A stretch of DNA of 64,000 nt, from the NCBI GenBank assembly GCA_034530615.2, contig JAVRCV020000004.1, positions 1-64,000 on the forward strand, written 5' to 3'. The notes under the pieces were generated by a model. The model saw only the letters and a program-made list of their open reading frames with translations. It did no database searches and had not been told where the DNA came from. The position numbers were made by a program, and so were the translations under genes. This document shows, piece by piece, positions 27,098 through 39,409 of this stretch. How positions within the stretch are numbered: position 1 is the stretch's first letter; each line of letters begins with the position of its first letter. Source of the DNA: Aulosira sp. ZfuVER01. Lineage in GTDB: Bacteria; Cyanobacteriota; Cyanobacteriia; Cyanobacteriales; Nostocaceae.

Positions 27098-29842
27098 CTA
27101 GTGCAACTGATTGACAATGCCACTCGTATCAATAGCTAACTTTTGTCCTAGCTTGAGCAAGCGATCGCATTGATAACTTCCTCGCCCATTATTAATACTA
27201 GACATACACAGCGGTAATATTTGCGTGTGCAAGCAACTAAAGTACAGTTCTTGGGATCGATGCAGCGAAATACCAAAGTTTAGCTGATATCCGGCATCAA
27301 TCAAACGTTCTAAGCATTGGATATCTGCATCTAAGCTGCTATTGGGATCGTGTAACAATTGCCAAAGCAATCGCGTAATCAACTGTTCCAATATCTGCTT
27401 CCCTTCGGGAACATCCAGCCGACAACGCATGTGTTTGGCTTCGTTGGCGATCGCTTCTAATTCTACGATGTAATTTAGAGTTAATTGCGGTTCAGCGATA
27501 TCTTGCTCAAGCGATCGCAATGTCGTCAGACAGCGATATCCTAAGGCTATCTCGGCTGCTACTTGCAATTCTTGCGGTACAGCTAGTTCATCGCGGTGAA
27601 ACGCGGCAATCACGCCGTAATTATCACGGTACGCCTGGGTATAAAGCTGGTCTAAACGTGTCAGTGTTTCTTGACTCAGCAGCCGCATAATCCGGTGGCG
27701 TTCTTCGGCAAACAGAGTTTGCAAGCTAAAGGTTTCTTCGCCAAATAGCTGAGTCATCATCAAGATGGTTTGCGCCGCACTAGCTTGTTGTAGTGAGGCA
27801 AACAGCTTTTCTTTGATTTGGCTGTAGTCGCGTCTTCCAGTAAATGGTTGAATGCAGCAGTGGAAATCCCAGCCGCCTAAATGCAGAACGGCAAAGACTA
27901 AATCTTCGCTTTCCCAAGTAATATCTGACACTAGCCGCAAATGTCCAACCGCCAAAGTCAGCGATCCCATGCGTTGCATTTGGTAATCTAACTCATTAGC
28001 GGTGTAGCAGTAAACTCGTTTTTGCGAAACATGGGGATGTTTGCCATTAGTATCTTTTCCAGATAAAGAATTACGGATCTCTGTCGGTTGATGGTTGGCA
28101 AACAGAGAAGTAATTGCATAGTGCGAGGCTACTTGTTGACAACTAATCTGGGCAGTCAACACTAGTTGGCGATAAACTTCCGAACCGTGTTTGAAATGAT
28201 CGACATTACTGGGCGCTAAACCCAGGCGTTTGAGGAAGCCTTTTTCTAACTGTACACCCGCCACATCCCCGGCTAATTCTAAGGCACGGGCAGCATAACG
28301 GAGAATCTGCGTCCCTTCCGGGCGGGAAAGTTCTTCAAAAAACCAGCCACAACTGGTAAACATCAACAAAGCATGACGCTGCATTTCTAATAAACGCAAA
28401 GCATCTACTTGTTCGGCGGCGGTGAGTTTGTGGGTTTGATGGCGGGTGAGAAAACGACTAACATTAGCAGCAGAGCGATCGCGGACGACTTGAATATATT
28501 CATCTCGTGCTAACCAGGGATCGCGGAAAAGTTTCTTACCGTAGTCTTCATACACCTCAATTAACTGATCCCGCAGCCAATTTAAGGCATTCCGCAGCGG
28601 ACGACGCCATTTTTGATGCCAAACCCCGCCTTCTCCACCGCAACCACAGTCATCTTGCCATCTATCGACACCGTGGGCGCAACTCCAAGCAGTGATCGGT
28701 TTCAATTCTACTTCCCAAGTGGGAGTGTTTAAACTCAGGTAATGTGCATAGTTGGTTACAGTCCAACCGTGGTTGGGAAACTCTCCAATAAAGGCGTAGG
28801 CCAGAGTTTTCTCGGTTCCTTTCTTGTGATGTCCAAAGGTTTCGCCATCGGTGGCTACAGAAATTAATTGCGCTGGACGGTGATCCCCGCGCACTGCTGA
28901 ACCTATGCGTCCCGCAAAATGATTGGAACTATAGACAACATCACTAAAACCCATATCCCGTGATATCGGGCCATCGTAGAAGAAAATATCAATGTAGGGT
29001 AATCCTTCTACGGATTCTGCATCATCCAATGCACCTTTAGCATCGCTGTGGTGAATTGCATTCAAAGGTGAAGATGCAATGCTGAGTTCCGGCTTTAAAT
29101 AACAACGATAAGGACGAGTGGGATCGATTTGACTTCCGCCAACTTCGTGCCATTCGGGGTGGGGATCGTCTTTTGTGGGGAGAAGACGACAACGCTGTGC
29201 TTGCGATGGTGCGAGGACAATAAAGCGAATTCCTTCAGATACCAAAGCTTGAAGAGTGGCATAGTCTACAGCGGTTTCCGCCAACCAGATACCTTCGGGA
29301 TCGCGGCCAAAGCGGGAACGGAAGTCTTCTTTACCCCAACGAATTTGGGTATATTTGTCGCGGTCATTAGCCAGCGGCATGATGATGTGATTGTATACTT
29401 GCGCGATCGCATTGCCATGACCGTGCAAGCGTTGGGAACTTTTAACATCTGCCTCTAAAATTCGCTGATAAACTTCAACATCGTGGCGTTCTAGCCAAGA
29501 CATCAGCGTCGGGCCGATATTAAAGCTCATATACTCGTAATTATTCACGATATCTATGACTTCGCCCCGATCGTTTAACACCCTGGCAAAGGCATTCGGA
29601 CGATAGCATTCCCAGTGAATTCGCTCATTCCAATTATGGAAAGGTGCCGCACTCGGTTGGCGTTCAATCGCGTCCAGATATGGGTTTTCCCTTGGTGGCT
29701 GGTAAAAGTGACCATGCACAGTGACATATACACCCGTTGCTGTTCGCAGGGGATCGCTTTGGGAGGTGGGGCTATGTCTGGGATCGTATTGTGACGTGAA
29801 TGTTGAGCCAGAACTAGCTGGCAGTTCAGCAGCAGAAGTCAT
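27098..29842 (-). CDS. Glycoside hydrolase family 57 / DUF3536 protein
   Basis: HGHFYQPPRENP, WLAETAVD, ATDGETFGHH, WSCAHGV, TSCGWFF. Confidence 0.9.
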   Translation of the reverse strand: MTSAAELPASSGSTFTSQYDPRHSPTSQSDPLRTATGVYVTVHGHFYQPPRENPYLDAIERQPSAAPFHNWNERIHWECYRPNAFARVLNDRGEVIDIVNNYEYMSFNIGPTLMSWLERHDVEVYQRILEADVKSSQRLHGHGNAIAQVYNHIIMPLANDRDKYTQIRWGKEDFRSRFGRDPEGIWLAETAVDYATLQALVSEGIRFIVLAPSQAQRCRLLPTKDDPHPEWHEVGGSQIDPTRPYRCYLKPELSIASSPLNAIHHSDAKGALDDAESVEGLPYIDIFFYDGPISRDMGFSDVVYSSNHFAGRIGSAVRGDHRPAQLISVATDGETFGHHKKGTEKTLAYAFIGEFPNHGWTVTNYAHYLSLNTPTWEVELKPITAWSCAHGVDRWQDDCGCGGEGGVWHQKWRRPLRNALNWLRDQLIEVYEDYGKKLFRDPWLARDEYIQVVRDRSAANVSRFLTRHQTHKLTAAEQVDALRLLEMQRHALLMFTSCGWFFEELSRPEGTQILRYAARALELAGDVAGVQLEKGFLKRLGLAPSNVDHFKHGSEVYRQLVLTAQISCQQVASHYAITSLFANHQPTEIRNSLSGKDTNGKHPHVSQKRVYCYTANELDYQMQRMGSLTLAVGHLRLVSDITWESEDLVFAVLHLGGWDFHCCIQPFTGRRDYSQIKEKLFASLQQASAAQTILMMTQLFGEETFSLQTLFAEERHRIMRLLSQETLTRLDQLYTQAYRDNYGVIAAFHRDELAVPQELQVAAEIALGYRCLTTLRSLEQDIAEPQLTLNYIVELEAIANEAKHMRCRLDVPEGKQILEQLITRLLWQLLHDPNSSLDADIQCLERLIDAGYQLNFGISLHRSQELYFSCLHTQILPLCMSSINNGRGSYQCDRLLKLGQKLAIDTSGIVNQLH

Positions 29843-30730
29843 GTATATTTATCCAAATCAAAAAACTTGCAGTTGTGCCAAAAGCGGGTATGTTAACCTT
29901 TCTTCAGGAGCTTGAACACAAAATCCGTACCGATAACAACTATGGTATACAGCCAAAGTTCTGAGAAAGCGGTCTTAGTATAGCGGGAAATCTGCGTTAT
30001 CGCACAGAGCTTTCCCAAAAGCTATCAAAATTATTAGCCATCGAATAACTCCTGATTGGGGAGCCTGTGCTGTTAGTAGCGCCAATAAATTTAATTGTCT
30101 TTTAATATATTAAACCGTATTTCTACAGTAAAATATCGCTCCCAAGTCATAGTTTTACTACGAAACATTGCAAAACCTACATAAAGCGCAATATTACATT
30201 ACATATCTCGCTAGAAAATGGGAACCGTAAAATTGCGTAACAACTCCCGCAGAATTTTTAAAGTCAGCTACAAGTTCGCTCCAGCAATAGTTTAGGGTAT
30301 GTAGTGAGTGCTTTAGCAGTCTTTTCATTCTTAAAGATTTGACTAAGAATCATGACAAGTCTGGGCACAATAAAAAGGCTAACTTAGGTTCCTTTGTTAG
30401 CCTTTGAGCAAAAGGAAACAATTGTTTGATGTCGAACGCAATTTTATGTGCGATCGCAGCTACTACCAATCACTTGCTAAAACAAAAACTGCATCTTAGC
30501 ATGATTGCCATCAACACAGCTTTTGCTAGCTACTAGTGATGAGTGCTACACAGATGCTAACCTTTTTGTTCAAAGTAGTTCTCCTACTAGGGAAAGAAAT
30601 TCAGTCCTCAACCAGGGTTGCACAACTGAGGCTGATTTCTCTCCGCCTCATGATGTCACAGTCAATATTTACCGATGAGTATTGACTATACAGACATCTG
30701 TGACTAAATACCCTCAACTTAAAGTGACCA

Positions 30731-31822
30731 ATGTCAGTCAAAAACATTATTTTTCTCGTTTTGTTACTTTTTATCCCGGTTTCCCTAGCAGCTCACTTTT
30801 TGGAGTGGGGAGAGTTGATAGTTTTCATCACGGCTGGATTAGCAATCCTCCCCTTAGCAGCTTGGATGGGTACAGCCACAGAAGAAATTGCTGTAGTAGT
30901 TGGCCCCTCATTAGGGGGGTTATTAAATGCCACTTTTGGTAATGCTACAGAACTAATTATTGCTCTAGTGGCGTTGAAAGCTGGACTAGTTAATGTAGTT
31001 AAAGCCAGTATCACAGGGTCGATTATTGGCAATCTACTACTAGTAATGGGTCTTTCTATGCTTTTAGGAGGATTGCGTTATAAAGAACAAACATTTCAGC
31101 CGATTGTAGCGCGGGTAAATGCTTCAGCTATGAATCTGGCGGTAATTGCGATTCTGCTACCCACAGCTATGGATATTACCTCCATAGGAATTAGCAAACA
31201 CATCCTCCAAAATTTTTCTGTTGCAGTTGCCATAGTATTAATTTTGGTTTATGTCCTAACGCTACTATTTTCGATGAAAACCCACTCATATTTATATGAA
31301 GTGGGGATGGTAGAAGCAGAGATTGAAGAAATTAACCATAACAAGCCAAATCTTTGGTTGTGGAGTGGTGTACTGCTAGTATGTACGCTCTTAGTAGCCC
31401 TAGAGTCAGAAATGCTAGTTGATTCTTTGGAAGTAGCTACATCCCAGCTAGGTTTGACAGCATTATTTACTGGGGTAATCATTGTTCCAATTGTGGGTAA
31501 CGCCGCGGAACACGCCACAGCAGTCACCGTAGCCATGAAAGATAAAATGGATCTTTCTCTTTCCGTAGCTGTGGGATCGAGTATGCAGATTGCGTTATTT
31601 GTCGCTCCCGTTTTAGTGATAGCAGGCTGGATATTCGGTCAACCGATGGATTTAAATTTTCAACCTTTTGAATTAGTAGCTGTTGTTGTAGCTGTGTTGA
31701 TTGCCAACAGCATTAGTTCTGATGGTAAATCCAATTGGCTGGAAGGCACCTTACTATTAGCTGCTTATACAGTACTAGGGATAGCTTTCTACTTCCATCC
31801 AGTCATTGATGGCATTGGTTAG
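30731..31822 (+). CDS. cax: Ca2+/H+ antiporter
   Basis: Alpha repeats GNATE and GNAAEH; about 11 TM segments. Confidence 0.93.
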   Translation: MSVKNIIFLVLLLFIPVSLAAHFLEWGELIVFITAGLAILPLAAWMGTATEEIAVVVGPSLGGLLNATFGNATELIIALVALKAGLVNVVKASITGSIIGNLLLVMGLSMLLGGLRYKEQTFQPIVARVNASAMNLAVIAILLPTAMDITSIGISKHILQNFSVAVAIVLILVYVLTLLFSMKTHSYLYEVGMVEAEIEEINHNKPNLWLWSGVLLVCTLLVALESEMLVDSLEVATSQLGLTALFTGVIIVPIVGNAAEHATAVTVAMKDKMDLSLSVAVGSSMQIALFVAPVLVIAGWIFGQPMDLNFQPFELVAVVVAVLIANSISSDGKSNWLEGTLLLAAYTVLGIAFYFHPVIDGIG

Positions 31823-31911
31823 TTACCAGCAAACATCAACTCTATTAGCGATCGCTTACACTTTAATCGAGAGCGATCGCTTTTTGATCTACTCAAAATT
31901 ACCTGAGAATT

Positions 31912-32172
31912 ATGGAAATCACACCTACACCTCAAACACAATCTTTGAATACAAGTGCTAGCACTAACCTCAGCTTGCCAAATCTACGTTTTGGTGATTC
32001 CGGTGATGCTGTTAGAGTTTTGCAGCGGCTGTTATTAATTAATCGCTACTCTATTAAAGTTGATGGCGTTTTTGGTGCATTAACAGAGACAGCTGTCAAA
32101 GCTTTTCAAAACCAGAGAAATTTAAAGGCAGATGGAGTAGTCGGGACTCGAACTTGGCGAGAGTTAACATAA
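31912..32172 (+). CDS. Peptidoglycan-binding domain protein
   Basis: LRFGDSGDAVRVLQ...DGVFG...AVKAFQ...DGVVG-TW. Confidence 0.85.
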   Translation: MEITPTPQTQSLNTSASTNLSLPNLRFGDSGDAVRVLQRLLLINRYSIKVDGVFGALTETAVKAFQNQRNLKADGVVGTRTWRELT

Positions 32173-32606
32173 GTTACAATCGAGAATTACTTATTAGTAA
32201 TCAATACTATTTGTTAGCTAATCTATGCTCCAGATTGCTACTCTACGGAAAGCGTTTAGAAAAACTGGGATGCATTCGTATCCAAAAGTTGAAATGCCAA
32301 CAGTAACCCTCAAGTAGCTGTATGTTAATAATTATAAAATTTATAAAGTCTTCAGTCTAACGGCTAAGTTTTAAGTATTGTTTATCAAATAGTCAAACAA
32401 TTTTAAATTTGAGATTGACAATCAAATCCATAAAAACTTTAGGGACATAATAATGTTGTGTCCTTAGCATATTTTGTATCTAAAAATAACAATTTTTTGC
32501 TAATAAATCATTACACAAATTTTTTATTTATTCCTATGCATTATTCCGGAATAATATCAATTCACGGTGTCAAAAGGAATAGCGGTGTTAGTACAAAGAA
32601 CTATAA

Positions 32607-33119
32607 ATGAGTGAAATTGGCCTGCTGATGACAGGCGTGTTAACAACAGGACAACCATCTTTACCCGATTTACCGGAGCAGCAACCGCTTTATCTAGAAA
32701 ATAGCGAGCAAAATTTTATACAGGGTCAGTTATCTCATCTAGTTCCAACTGCTCAAATTACACCACCAGAATTTATGGAAACAGATGGAACTCCCCTGGC
32801 TAGCCCGTTATCTATTGATTCTAATCAAGAAAATCAAGAGCGATCGCCGCATTCTGGATCTCTCATAGCCAAAAACTTAATCGCCAAAGCCAGAGTCCAA
32901 AATGATAATAGCTCGACTTTGCCAACTATACGTTTTGGTAGCTCAGGCGTAATCGTCAGAGTCTTGCAAAGGCTGTTAGTTTCTCATGGCTATGGGATAC
33001 GAATTGACGGAGCATTTGGCCCCTTAACAGAAGCGGCTGTCAAAGCATTTCAAAATCGGCATAATATAGCGGTAGATGGAATAGTTGGTCAAAGAACCTG
33101 GCGAGAGTTAACAATTTAA
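32607..33119 (+). CDS. Peptidoglycan-binding domain protein
   Basis: C-terminal PG-binding domain paralogous to 31912..32172. Confidence 0.85.
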   Translation: MSEIGLLMTGVLTTGQPSLPDLPEQQPLYLENSEQNFIQGQLSHLVPTAQITPPEFMETDGTPLASPLSIDSNQENQERSPHSGSLIAKNLIAKARVQNDNSSTLPTIRFGSSGVIVRVLQRLLVSHGYGIRIDGAFGPLTEAAVKAFQNRHNIAVDGIVGQRTWRELTI

Positions 33120-33450
33120 TAGGAATCCGCTGTGTCTCTGTGATTAATTGAAGAAGGCAGAAGGCAGAGGGCAGAAGGTTTTGTACATTCGGGGATTCCA
33201 ACCCCTCTTGAACAAGAGCCACCAAATTGAAAATTTGATAGGGGTCTTAAACCCTTACTCCCTTTTGTTGTAGCAGAGGGCAGGAATCAAAATTCCCTTT
33301 TGCCTCCTGCCCTCTGCCTTTCCCGATAAATAACCGATAAAGCACAGAGGCACAGAGGTCACAGAAAATATTTCAAAAATTAAATATAAATCCTATATTA
33401 GGATAATATATTTTCTAGTTTATCTAGATAACTAGCATTTTTAAATATAT

Positions 33451-34323
33451 ATGAAAAGATTGCTAATTACAGGAGCTAGTGGTTTCTTAGGATGGCATAT
33501 TTGCCAGTTAGCAAAATTAGAATGGGAAGTTTATGGTACTTATTTTTCTCATTCTCTAGCAATACCTGGCGTTAAGATGGTGAAAGTTAATTTGACAGTT
33601 TATCAAGAATTAAAAGATATCTTTAATCAAATTAATCCCGCCGCAGTAATTCATACGGCTGCTCATTCTCAGCCTAACTTTTGTCAAACTCATCCCCAAG
33701 AATCATACACAATTAATGTCACATCATCCTGTAATATAGCCGGACTCTGTGCTGATGATGCAATTCCCTGTGCATTTACATCAACCGACTTAGTTTTTGA
33801 TGGTTTAAATGCTCCCTATAAAGAAACAGATGCAGTGTGTCCTGTAAGTATTTATGGTGAGCAAAAAGTTAAAGCTGAAGTAGGTATGTTAGAAAGATAT
33901 CCTAATACCGCAGTCTGTCGAATGCCATTGATGTTTGGTATGGCTACACCCAGTGCAAAAAGCTTTATTCAACCATTTATTGAAACCTTGCAAGCAGGTA
34001 AAGAACTAAATTTATTTATAGATGAATTCCGCACACCAGTAAGTGGAATAACTGCTGCTAAAGGACTATTACTAGCCTTAGAGAAAGTGCAAGGATTGAT
34101 TCATCTAGGTGGGAAAGAAAGAATTTCTCGTTACGATTTTGGTAAGCTATTAGTAGAGATATTTCAAATTTCTGAAGCGAAACTTCAAGGTTGCCGACAA
34201 CAAGATGTAAAAATGGCAGCGCCTAGACCAGCAGATGTATCTTTGGATAGTTCCAAAGCCTTTGCGTTAGGATATCAACCTTTATCTTTAAAAGAAGAAT
34301 TGGCAGCATTAGTCAATAGTTAA
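33451..34323 (+). CDS. NAD(P)-dependent oxidoreductase, RmlD-like extended SDR
   Basis: LITGASGFLG, STDLVFDG, YGEQK. Confidence 0.88.
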   Translation: MKRLLITGASGFLGWHICQLAKLEWEVYGTYFSHSLAIPGVKMVKVNLTVYQELKDIFNQINPAAVIHTAAHSQPNFCQTHPQESYTINVTSSCNIAGLCADDAIPCAFTSTDLVFDGLNAPYKETDAVCPVSIYGEQKVKAEVGMLERYPNTAVCRMPLMFGMATPSAKSFIQPFIETLQAGKELNLFIDEFRTPVSGITAAKGLLLALEKVQGLIHLGGKERISRYDFGKLLVEIFQISEAKLQGCRQQDVKMAAPRPADVSLDSSKAFALGYQPLSLKEELAALVNS

Positions 34324-34348
34324 AATCTTGATTGCAAAAATTGAACAA

Positions 34349-34459
34349 GGGAGCATCCCACTTTTTTGAGTGGTGCTAAAGTACTAATTGTCAAACCATC
34401 CATTCTGCGGAGATTAAGTTTTTATTCTCTAGCCGCAAAATAAAAACTGGGATGCACCC
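34349..34459. mobile_element. Candidate MITE (~111 bp)
   Basis: Terminal inverted repeats GGGAGCATCCCA / TGGGATGCACCC; related half-site near 32262. Confidence 0.5.
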
Positions 34460-34553
34460 ATTGAACAATAGCATTTTGAAACTGATCGTTTTTATTCTAG
34501 AAATGGGAAAGATATTAAGTAAGTTGTGATAGAAGATATATTTTACGGTCAAT

Positions 34554-35549
34554 ATGGTGTCTACCAATGTACTTGATCTCGCTAAACAAGGCAATGCCGA
34601 TGCAATCGCAAGTCTCATTAACGATCAATTGCAATCTCAAGGCATAACTGCCAAAGTTACTTTACAAGATAATTGCATATATGTGCTGTTAGAATCAGCA
34701 ACATTACCTCAGCAACAAACCCTAGCACCTTTTGTTTTCCAAAGAATAATTAAGCTAGCTATAGAAATAGCAGACTCACTTCAAATTTATGGGAGAAAAA
34801 CGAGTGAAAAACGCCCTAGTTGGAGTCAAGTTTACTCATTAAGCGAAGCAAAACCTTATTTAGAAGATAGGTTGACAATTAATACTCAAGACATAACGAC
34901 AGAAGTTACATCATCAACCCAAATCAACAATCTAGACCAAGTTTCTGTTTCTGGAAGTTTAGATACCATTGCGACTCATCTTAATCGCGTTCTGGTAGAT
35001 GAAAAAGTGAACATAGAAATTATTCCAAAAGACAAACTGCTTAAGATTATTGCAGAAACCGATCGCGTTTTAGATGGATCTATTTTTGCAGAACGTATTT
35101 ATCAAGAATTGAAAAATTTTAATCTCAGCGAGTTTGAAACTATGGAGATTTATAAAAAGAAACTTAAGAGTGGACAATGTTTTCGACTTAAAGCTTTTGT
35201 GCTGACTAGTTCAGAACAGGAAACTTCGGAACCAGAAAATCTAAAAGCACCAATAACTCACACACAAAGAGTCCCTACTACACCGCAGAAAACTAATCAA
35301 CTTAAACCGCATTCTCAAAAAGGTAAGAAACCAAAATTTAGAGTTGGTCGTATTTTAGGTGTTGTAGGAATTGTGATAATTGCTGCATTTATAATTATCA
35401 AATTATTAAAACGAATAATTATACTTGTGCTTCTATCTCCTGCCTTAGGTAGCTTCAGTGTCATCTTTAGTATTTTCTTTTTATGGCGAAGTTACCCCTT
35501 TTTAATGCTTCTTTTTCAACAGTTACTCAATTTACTAGTAGAAGAATAA
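34554..35549 (+). CDS. Hypothetical membrane-anchored protein
   Basis: N-terminal LDLAKQGNADAIASLIN cyanobacterial domain (apparently duplicated) and C-terminal hydrophobic helices. Confidence 0.75.
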   Translation: MVSTNVLDLAKQGNADAIASLINDQLQSQGITAKVTLQDNCIYVLLESATLPQQQTLAPFVFQRIIKLAIEIADSLQIYGRKTSEKRPSWSQVYSLSEAKPYLEDRLTINTQDITTEVTSSTQINNLDQVSVSGSLDTIATHLNRVLVDEKVNIEIIPKDKLLKIIAETDRVLDGSIFAERIYQELKNFNLSEFETMEIYKKKLKSGQCFRLKAFVLTSSEQETSEPENLKAPITHTQRVPTTPQKTNQLKPHSQKGKKPKFRVGRILGVVGIVIIAAFIIIKLLKRIIILVLLSPALGSFSVIFSIFFLWRSYPFLMLLFQQLLNLLVEE

Positions 35550-35642
35550 ACTTCTTGCAAATACCTCGCAGTATAATAAATAAAATCACGCAAAGGCGCA
35601 AAGTCTTTGCGTGAAATTTAAAGAGATATTTTTTATTGCTAC

Positions 35643-38603
35643 CTATTGCTGTGAATAAGCTTCGATTGGCAGACAAGAACAAACAAAATTCCTGTCGCCA
35701 AAAGCAGCATCAATTCTACCTACAGCAGGCCAGAATTTATGTTCGCGAGTCCAAGGTGCGGGGTAGGCAGCTTGTTCGCGAGAATAGGGATGAGTCCATT
35801 CACCAGTAATTAGGCTTTCGGCAGTATGGGGGGCATTTTTCAAGAGATTATCTTGAGCATCCACTTTGCCTAATTCAATTTCGGCAATTTCTTGGCGAAT
35901 CGCAATCAAAGTGTCACAGAAACGATCTAATTCTTCTTTAGATTCGCTTTCTGTTGGTTCCACCATGATTGTACCTGCTACAGGCCAAGAGACTGTGGGC
36001 GCGTGGAAGCCGTAATCCATTAGCCGCTTGGCAACATCATCAATTTCGATACCCGCAGATTTTTTGAGCGATCGCAAATCTAAAATACATTCATGAGCAA
36101 CTAGACCATTTTTGCCTTGATACAACACGGGATAATACTGCTCAAGTCGCTTGGCGATATAGTTGGCGTTGAGAATTGCTACTTTTGTTGCTTCCGTCAA
36201 ACCAGCCGCACCCATCATGGCAATATACATCCAAGAAATTACCAGGATGCTAGCACTACCCCAAGGCGCAGCAGCTACCGCACCAATGTGGGAGTGCTGA
36301 GTACTGAGTTGTGAGTGCTGAGTAGATTTGTTGATAGAGACAACAGGGTGTCCAGGTAAAAATGGCACTAGATGGGAAGCCACGCCAATTGGCCCCATAC
36401 CAGGGCCGCCGCCACCATGAGGAATACAGAAGGTTTTGTGTAGGTTTAGGTGACAGACATCCGCGCCAATATCTCCGGGACGACAAATTCCCACTTGAGC
36501 GTTCATATTCGCCCCATCCATGTAAACTTGTCCGCCGTGTTTATGAACTACAGCACAGATTTCTTGTATGGCTTCCTCGAAGACACCATGAGTTGAGGGA
36601 TATGTCACCATCAAGGCGGCGAGTTCATGACTATGTTTTTCCGCTTTCGCCTTAAGATCGTCAAGGTCAACATTACCTTGTAAGTCACAAGCAACTGCGA
36701 CAACTTTCATCCCACACATCACCGCACTAGCTGGGTTGGTTCCGTGTGCTGAGGTCGGAATCAAACAGACATTGCGGTGTGCTTCTCCACGGCTTTCGTG
36801 ATACTGATGAATCACTAAAAGTCCGGCGTATTCGCCTTGAGAACCAGCATTTGGTTGTAGGGAAATGCCCGCAAACCCAGTAATTTCTGCTAACCACGCC
36901 TCAAGCTGCTGGAAGAGGATTTGATAACCCAGCGTTTGCGATGAAGGCGCAAATGGATGAATATTACCAAATTCTTCCCAGGTAACAGGTATCATCTCTG
37001 CTGTGGCGTTTAACTTCATCGTGCAAGAACCCAAAGGAATCATCGATGTAGTTAAAGACAAGTCCTTAGTTTCTAGCTTGTGTAGATAACGCAGTAACTC
37101 AGTTTCGGAGTGATAGCGGTTAAAAACGGGATGAGTGAGGTAACTGCTGGTACGAGCAAAAGTTGAGTTTTGTAATGGCGATCGCTGGTTCGAGGCGATC
37201 GCATCTGCAATTTCTTTAAAATCAAAATCAAGGCGATCCGAAAGAGCAAAAATCTGCCAAAGTTCTATTAAATCATCTACTGTAGTTGTCTCATCTAAGG
37301 AGATACCTACCGCAGTTTCATCAGAAATTCGTAAATTAATATTGCTTGCTTGGGAACCTGCAAGAATTTTTTCTAACTTACCTGTTCCCAACTCCACCCG
37401 CAACGTATCAAAGTAAGGTTCAGAACTGATGCTGTAACCCAGACGCTTTAATCCTGCTGCCAAGATTAAAGTTAGCTGATGGATATTCTCGGCAATATTC
37501 TTCAATCCAGCCGGGCCATGATAGACAGCGTACATACTGGCCATCACAGCCAATAGTACTTGTGCAGTGCAAATATTACTTGTGGCTTTTTCCCTACGGA
37601 TGTGTTGTTCGCGAGTTTGTAAAGCTAGACGTAATGCTGGTTTACCCTGAGCATCTTTCGATACACCAACAATTCGCCCTGGAACTTGCCGCTTATACTC
37701 TTCCTTAGTAGCAAAGTATGCCGCATGAGGGCCACCAAATCCCAAGGGAATACCAAAGCGCTGAGTACTACCAATCGCAATATCAGCACCAAATTCACCA
37801 GGTGGTGTCAGTAAAGTTAAGCTTAAAGGATCTGCTGCTACCGTTACCAATGCACCCTCAGCATGGGCCTTTTCTATAAAAGCGCGGTAGTCGTAAATAG
37901 TGCCATCACTAGCAGGGTATTGCAGAATTGCTCCAAAAATCGGTTGAGCAAAATCAAAGGTTTGATGGTCAGCAATAATAATGCTTATCCCCAGAGGTTT
38001 AGCCCGTGTTTGCAACACATCAATGGTTTGGGGATGGCACTCACGAGAAACAAAATAGGCATTTGCTTTATTTTTGCAAACACCATAGCTTAAGCTCATG
38101 GCTTCTGCTGCGGCTGTGGCTTCATCAAGTAAGGAAGCATTGGCGATTTCCAAACCTGTCAAGTCAATAATTAGAGTCTGGAAATTTAGCAGCGCTTCCA
38201 AACGTCCTTGAGCAATTTCTGGCTGATAGGGGGTGTAAGCAGTATACCAACCGGGGTTTTCCAGGATATTACGCTGGATCACAGGTGGCGTGATGCAATC
38301 GTAATATCCCATCCCAATGAATGAACGGAATACCTGATTTTTCTCAGCAATTTTTTTTAATTGACCCAGTGCTGCGTACTCAGTTTGCGCCTCTGGTAAT
38401 TTTAGTGCTTCTTTCAGCCGAATTCCTTGAGGCACTGTTTTGTCGATCAGCGCATCCAGGCTGGGAAGGCCTAAGACACCAAGCATTTGCTGAATGTCAT
38501 CAGAGTTAGGCCCAATATGCCTTTGTATAAAATTATTTAAATTATGCTTCCTTTGGTCTAAGATTTGGCGATCGCTAGACTTGGGAATAGGGGCTTTTAC
38601 CAC
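35643..38603 (-). CDS. gcvP: Glycine dehydrogenase (decarboxylating), P protein
   Basis: [37 protein letters not shown] lysine. Confidence 0.97.
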   Translation of the reverse strand: MVKAPIPKSSDRQILDQRKHNLNNFIQRHIGPNSDDIQQMLGVLGLPSLDALIDKTVPQGIRLKEALKLPEAQTEYAALGQLKKIAEKNQVFRSFIGMGYYDCITPPVIQRNILENPGWYTAYTPYQPEIAQGRLEALLNFQTLIIDLTGLEIANASLLDEATAAAEAMSLSYGVCKNKANAYFVSRECHPQTIDVLQTRAKPLGISIIIADHQTFDFAQPIFGAILQYPASDGTIYDYRAFIEKAHAEGALVTVAADPLSLTLLTPPGEFGADIAIGSTQRFGIPLGFGGPHAAYFATKEEYKRQVPGRIVGVSKDAQGKPALRLALQTREQHIRREKATSNICTAQVLLAVMASMYAVYHGPAGLKNIAENIHQLTLILAAGLKRLGYSISSEPYFDTLRVELGTGKLEKILAGSQASNINLRISDETAVGISLDETTTVDDLIELWQIFALSDRLDFDFKEIADAIASNQRSPLQNSTFARTSSYLTHPVFNRYHSETELLRYLHKLETKDLSLTTSMIPLGSCTMKLNATAEMIPVTWEEFGNIHPFAPSSQTLGYQILFQQLEAWLAEITGFAGISLQPNAGSQGEYAGLLVIHQYHESRGEAHRNVCLIPTSAHGTNPASAVMCGMKVVAVACDLQGNVDLDDLKAKAEKHSHELAALMVTYPSTHGVFEEAIQEICAVVHKHGGQVYMDGANMNAQVGICRPGDIGADVCHLNLHKTFCIPHGGGGPGMGPIGVASHLVPFLPGHPVVSINKSTQHSQLSTQHSHIGAVAAAPWGSASILVISWMYIAMMGAAGLTEATKVAILNANYIAKRLEQYYPVLYQGKNGLVAHECILDLRSLKKSAGIEIDDVAKRLMDYGFHAPTVSWPVAGTIMVEPTESESKEELDRFCDTLIAIRQEIAEIELGKVDAQDNLLKNAPHTAESLITGEWTHPYSREQAAYPAPWTREHKFWPAVGRIDAAFGDRNFVCSCLPIEAYSQQ

Positions 38604-38813
38604 AAATTGCTCTCCCGATGGAACTATTTAATATTTTGCAATAAATATAAGGTATTGGGCATGGGAAATGGGGCATCAGGCATTTGTCAAGAGTTTAGAG
38701 TCGAAAGCCAAGGGTCAAGGGTCATTAGTCATTGGTTCTTACTTATTTCCCCCTTGTCTCCCCACACTCCCCACACTCCCTCATTCCCCTGCTCCCTGCC
38801 CCCTGCCTCCTTA

Positions 38814-39206
38814 CTACTCCCCTTCCACCTGGGCGCGATACTCGTCTGCACTTAAGGCATCATCGATTTCATCGGGGTCATTGACGCGAACTTTCAGGAA
38901 CCACGCCTCGCCATAGGGGTCTTCTGCGACTTGTTCTGGAGACTCAATCAATTCATCATTGCGTTCGATAACTGTGCCAGTAACTGGCGAATTCAGGTCT
39001 TCGACAGCTTTGACTGATTCAATCGAGCCAAAGGTATCCCCCTTAGTAATTGCATCGCCAATTTCTGGCAATTCCAAGAAGACAACATCACCTAATTGAT
39101 CTACGGCAAATTCGGTAATGCCAATGGTAGCAATTTCACCTTCTAACCGCACGTATTCATGAGTATCCAGGTATTTCAAATCCTGAGGATATTCAAAAGA
39201 AGACAT
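38814..39206 (-). CDS. gcvH: Glycine cleavage system H protein
   Basis: IESVKAV lipoyl lysine; DPYG. Confidence 0.97.
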   Translation of the reverse strand: MSSFEYPQDLKYLDTHEYVRLEGEIATIGITEFAVDQLGDVVFLELPEIGDAITKGDTFGSIESVKAVEDLNSPVTGTVIERNDELIESPEQVAEDPYGEAWFLKVRVNDPDEIDDALSADEYRAQVEGE

Positions 39207-39409
39207 ATTCTTTCCCTCTCCACATCAAAAAATTGTTGCCTCAAGATTGATCCAAGGCATATCTGGTAATTAACAATATCATTCCGCAAAACCTTAGCAA
39301 TTATTTAGGTTCTTTGTCCTTGGTCATTTGTCATTTGTGTTGATAAATGACCAATGACAAATGACGGATGACAGTCTTGACGATAAAAATGCAACATCTA
39401 GGTGCGTTC

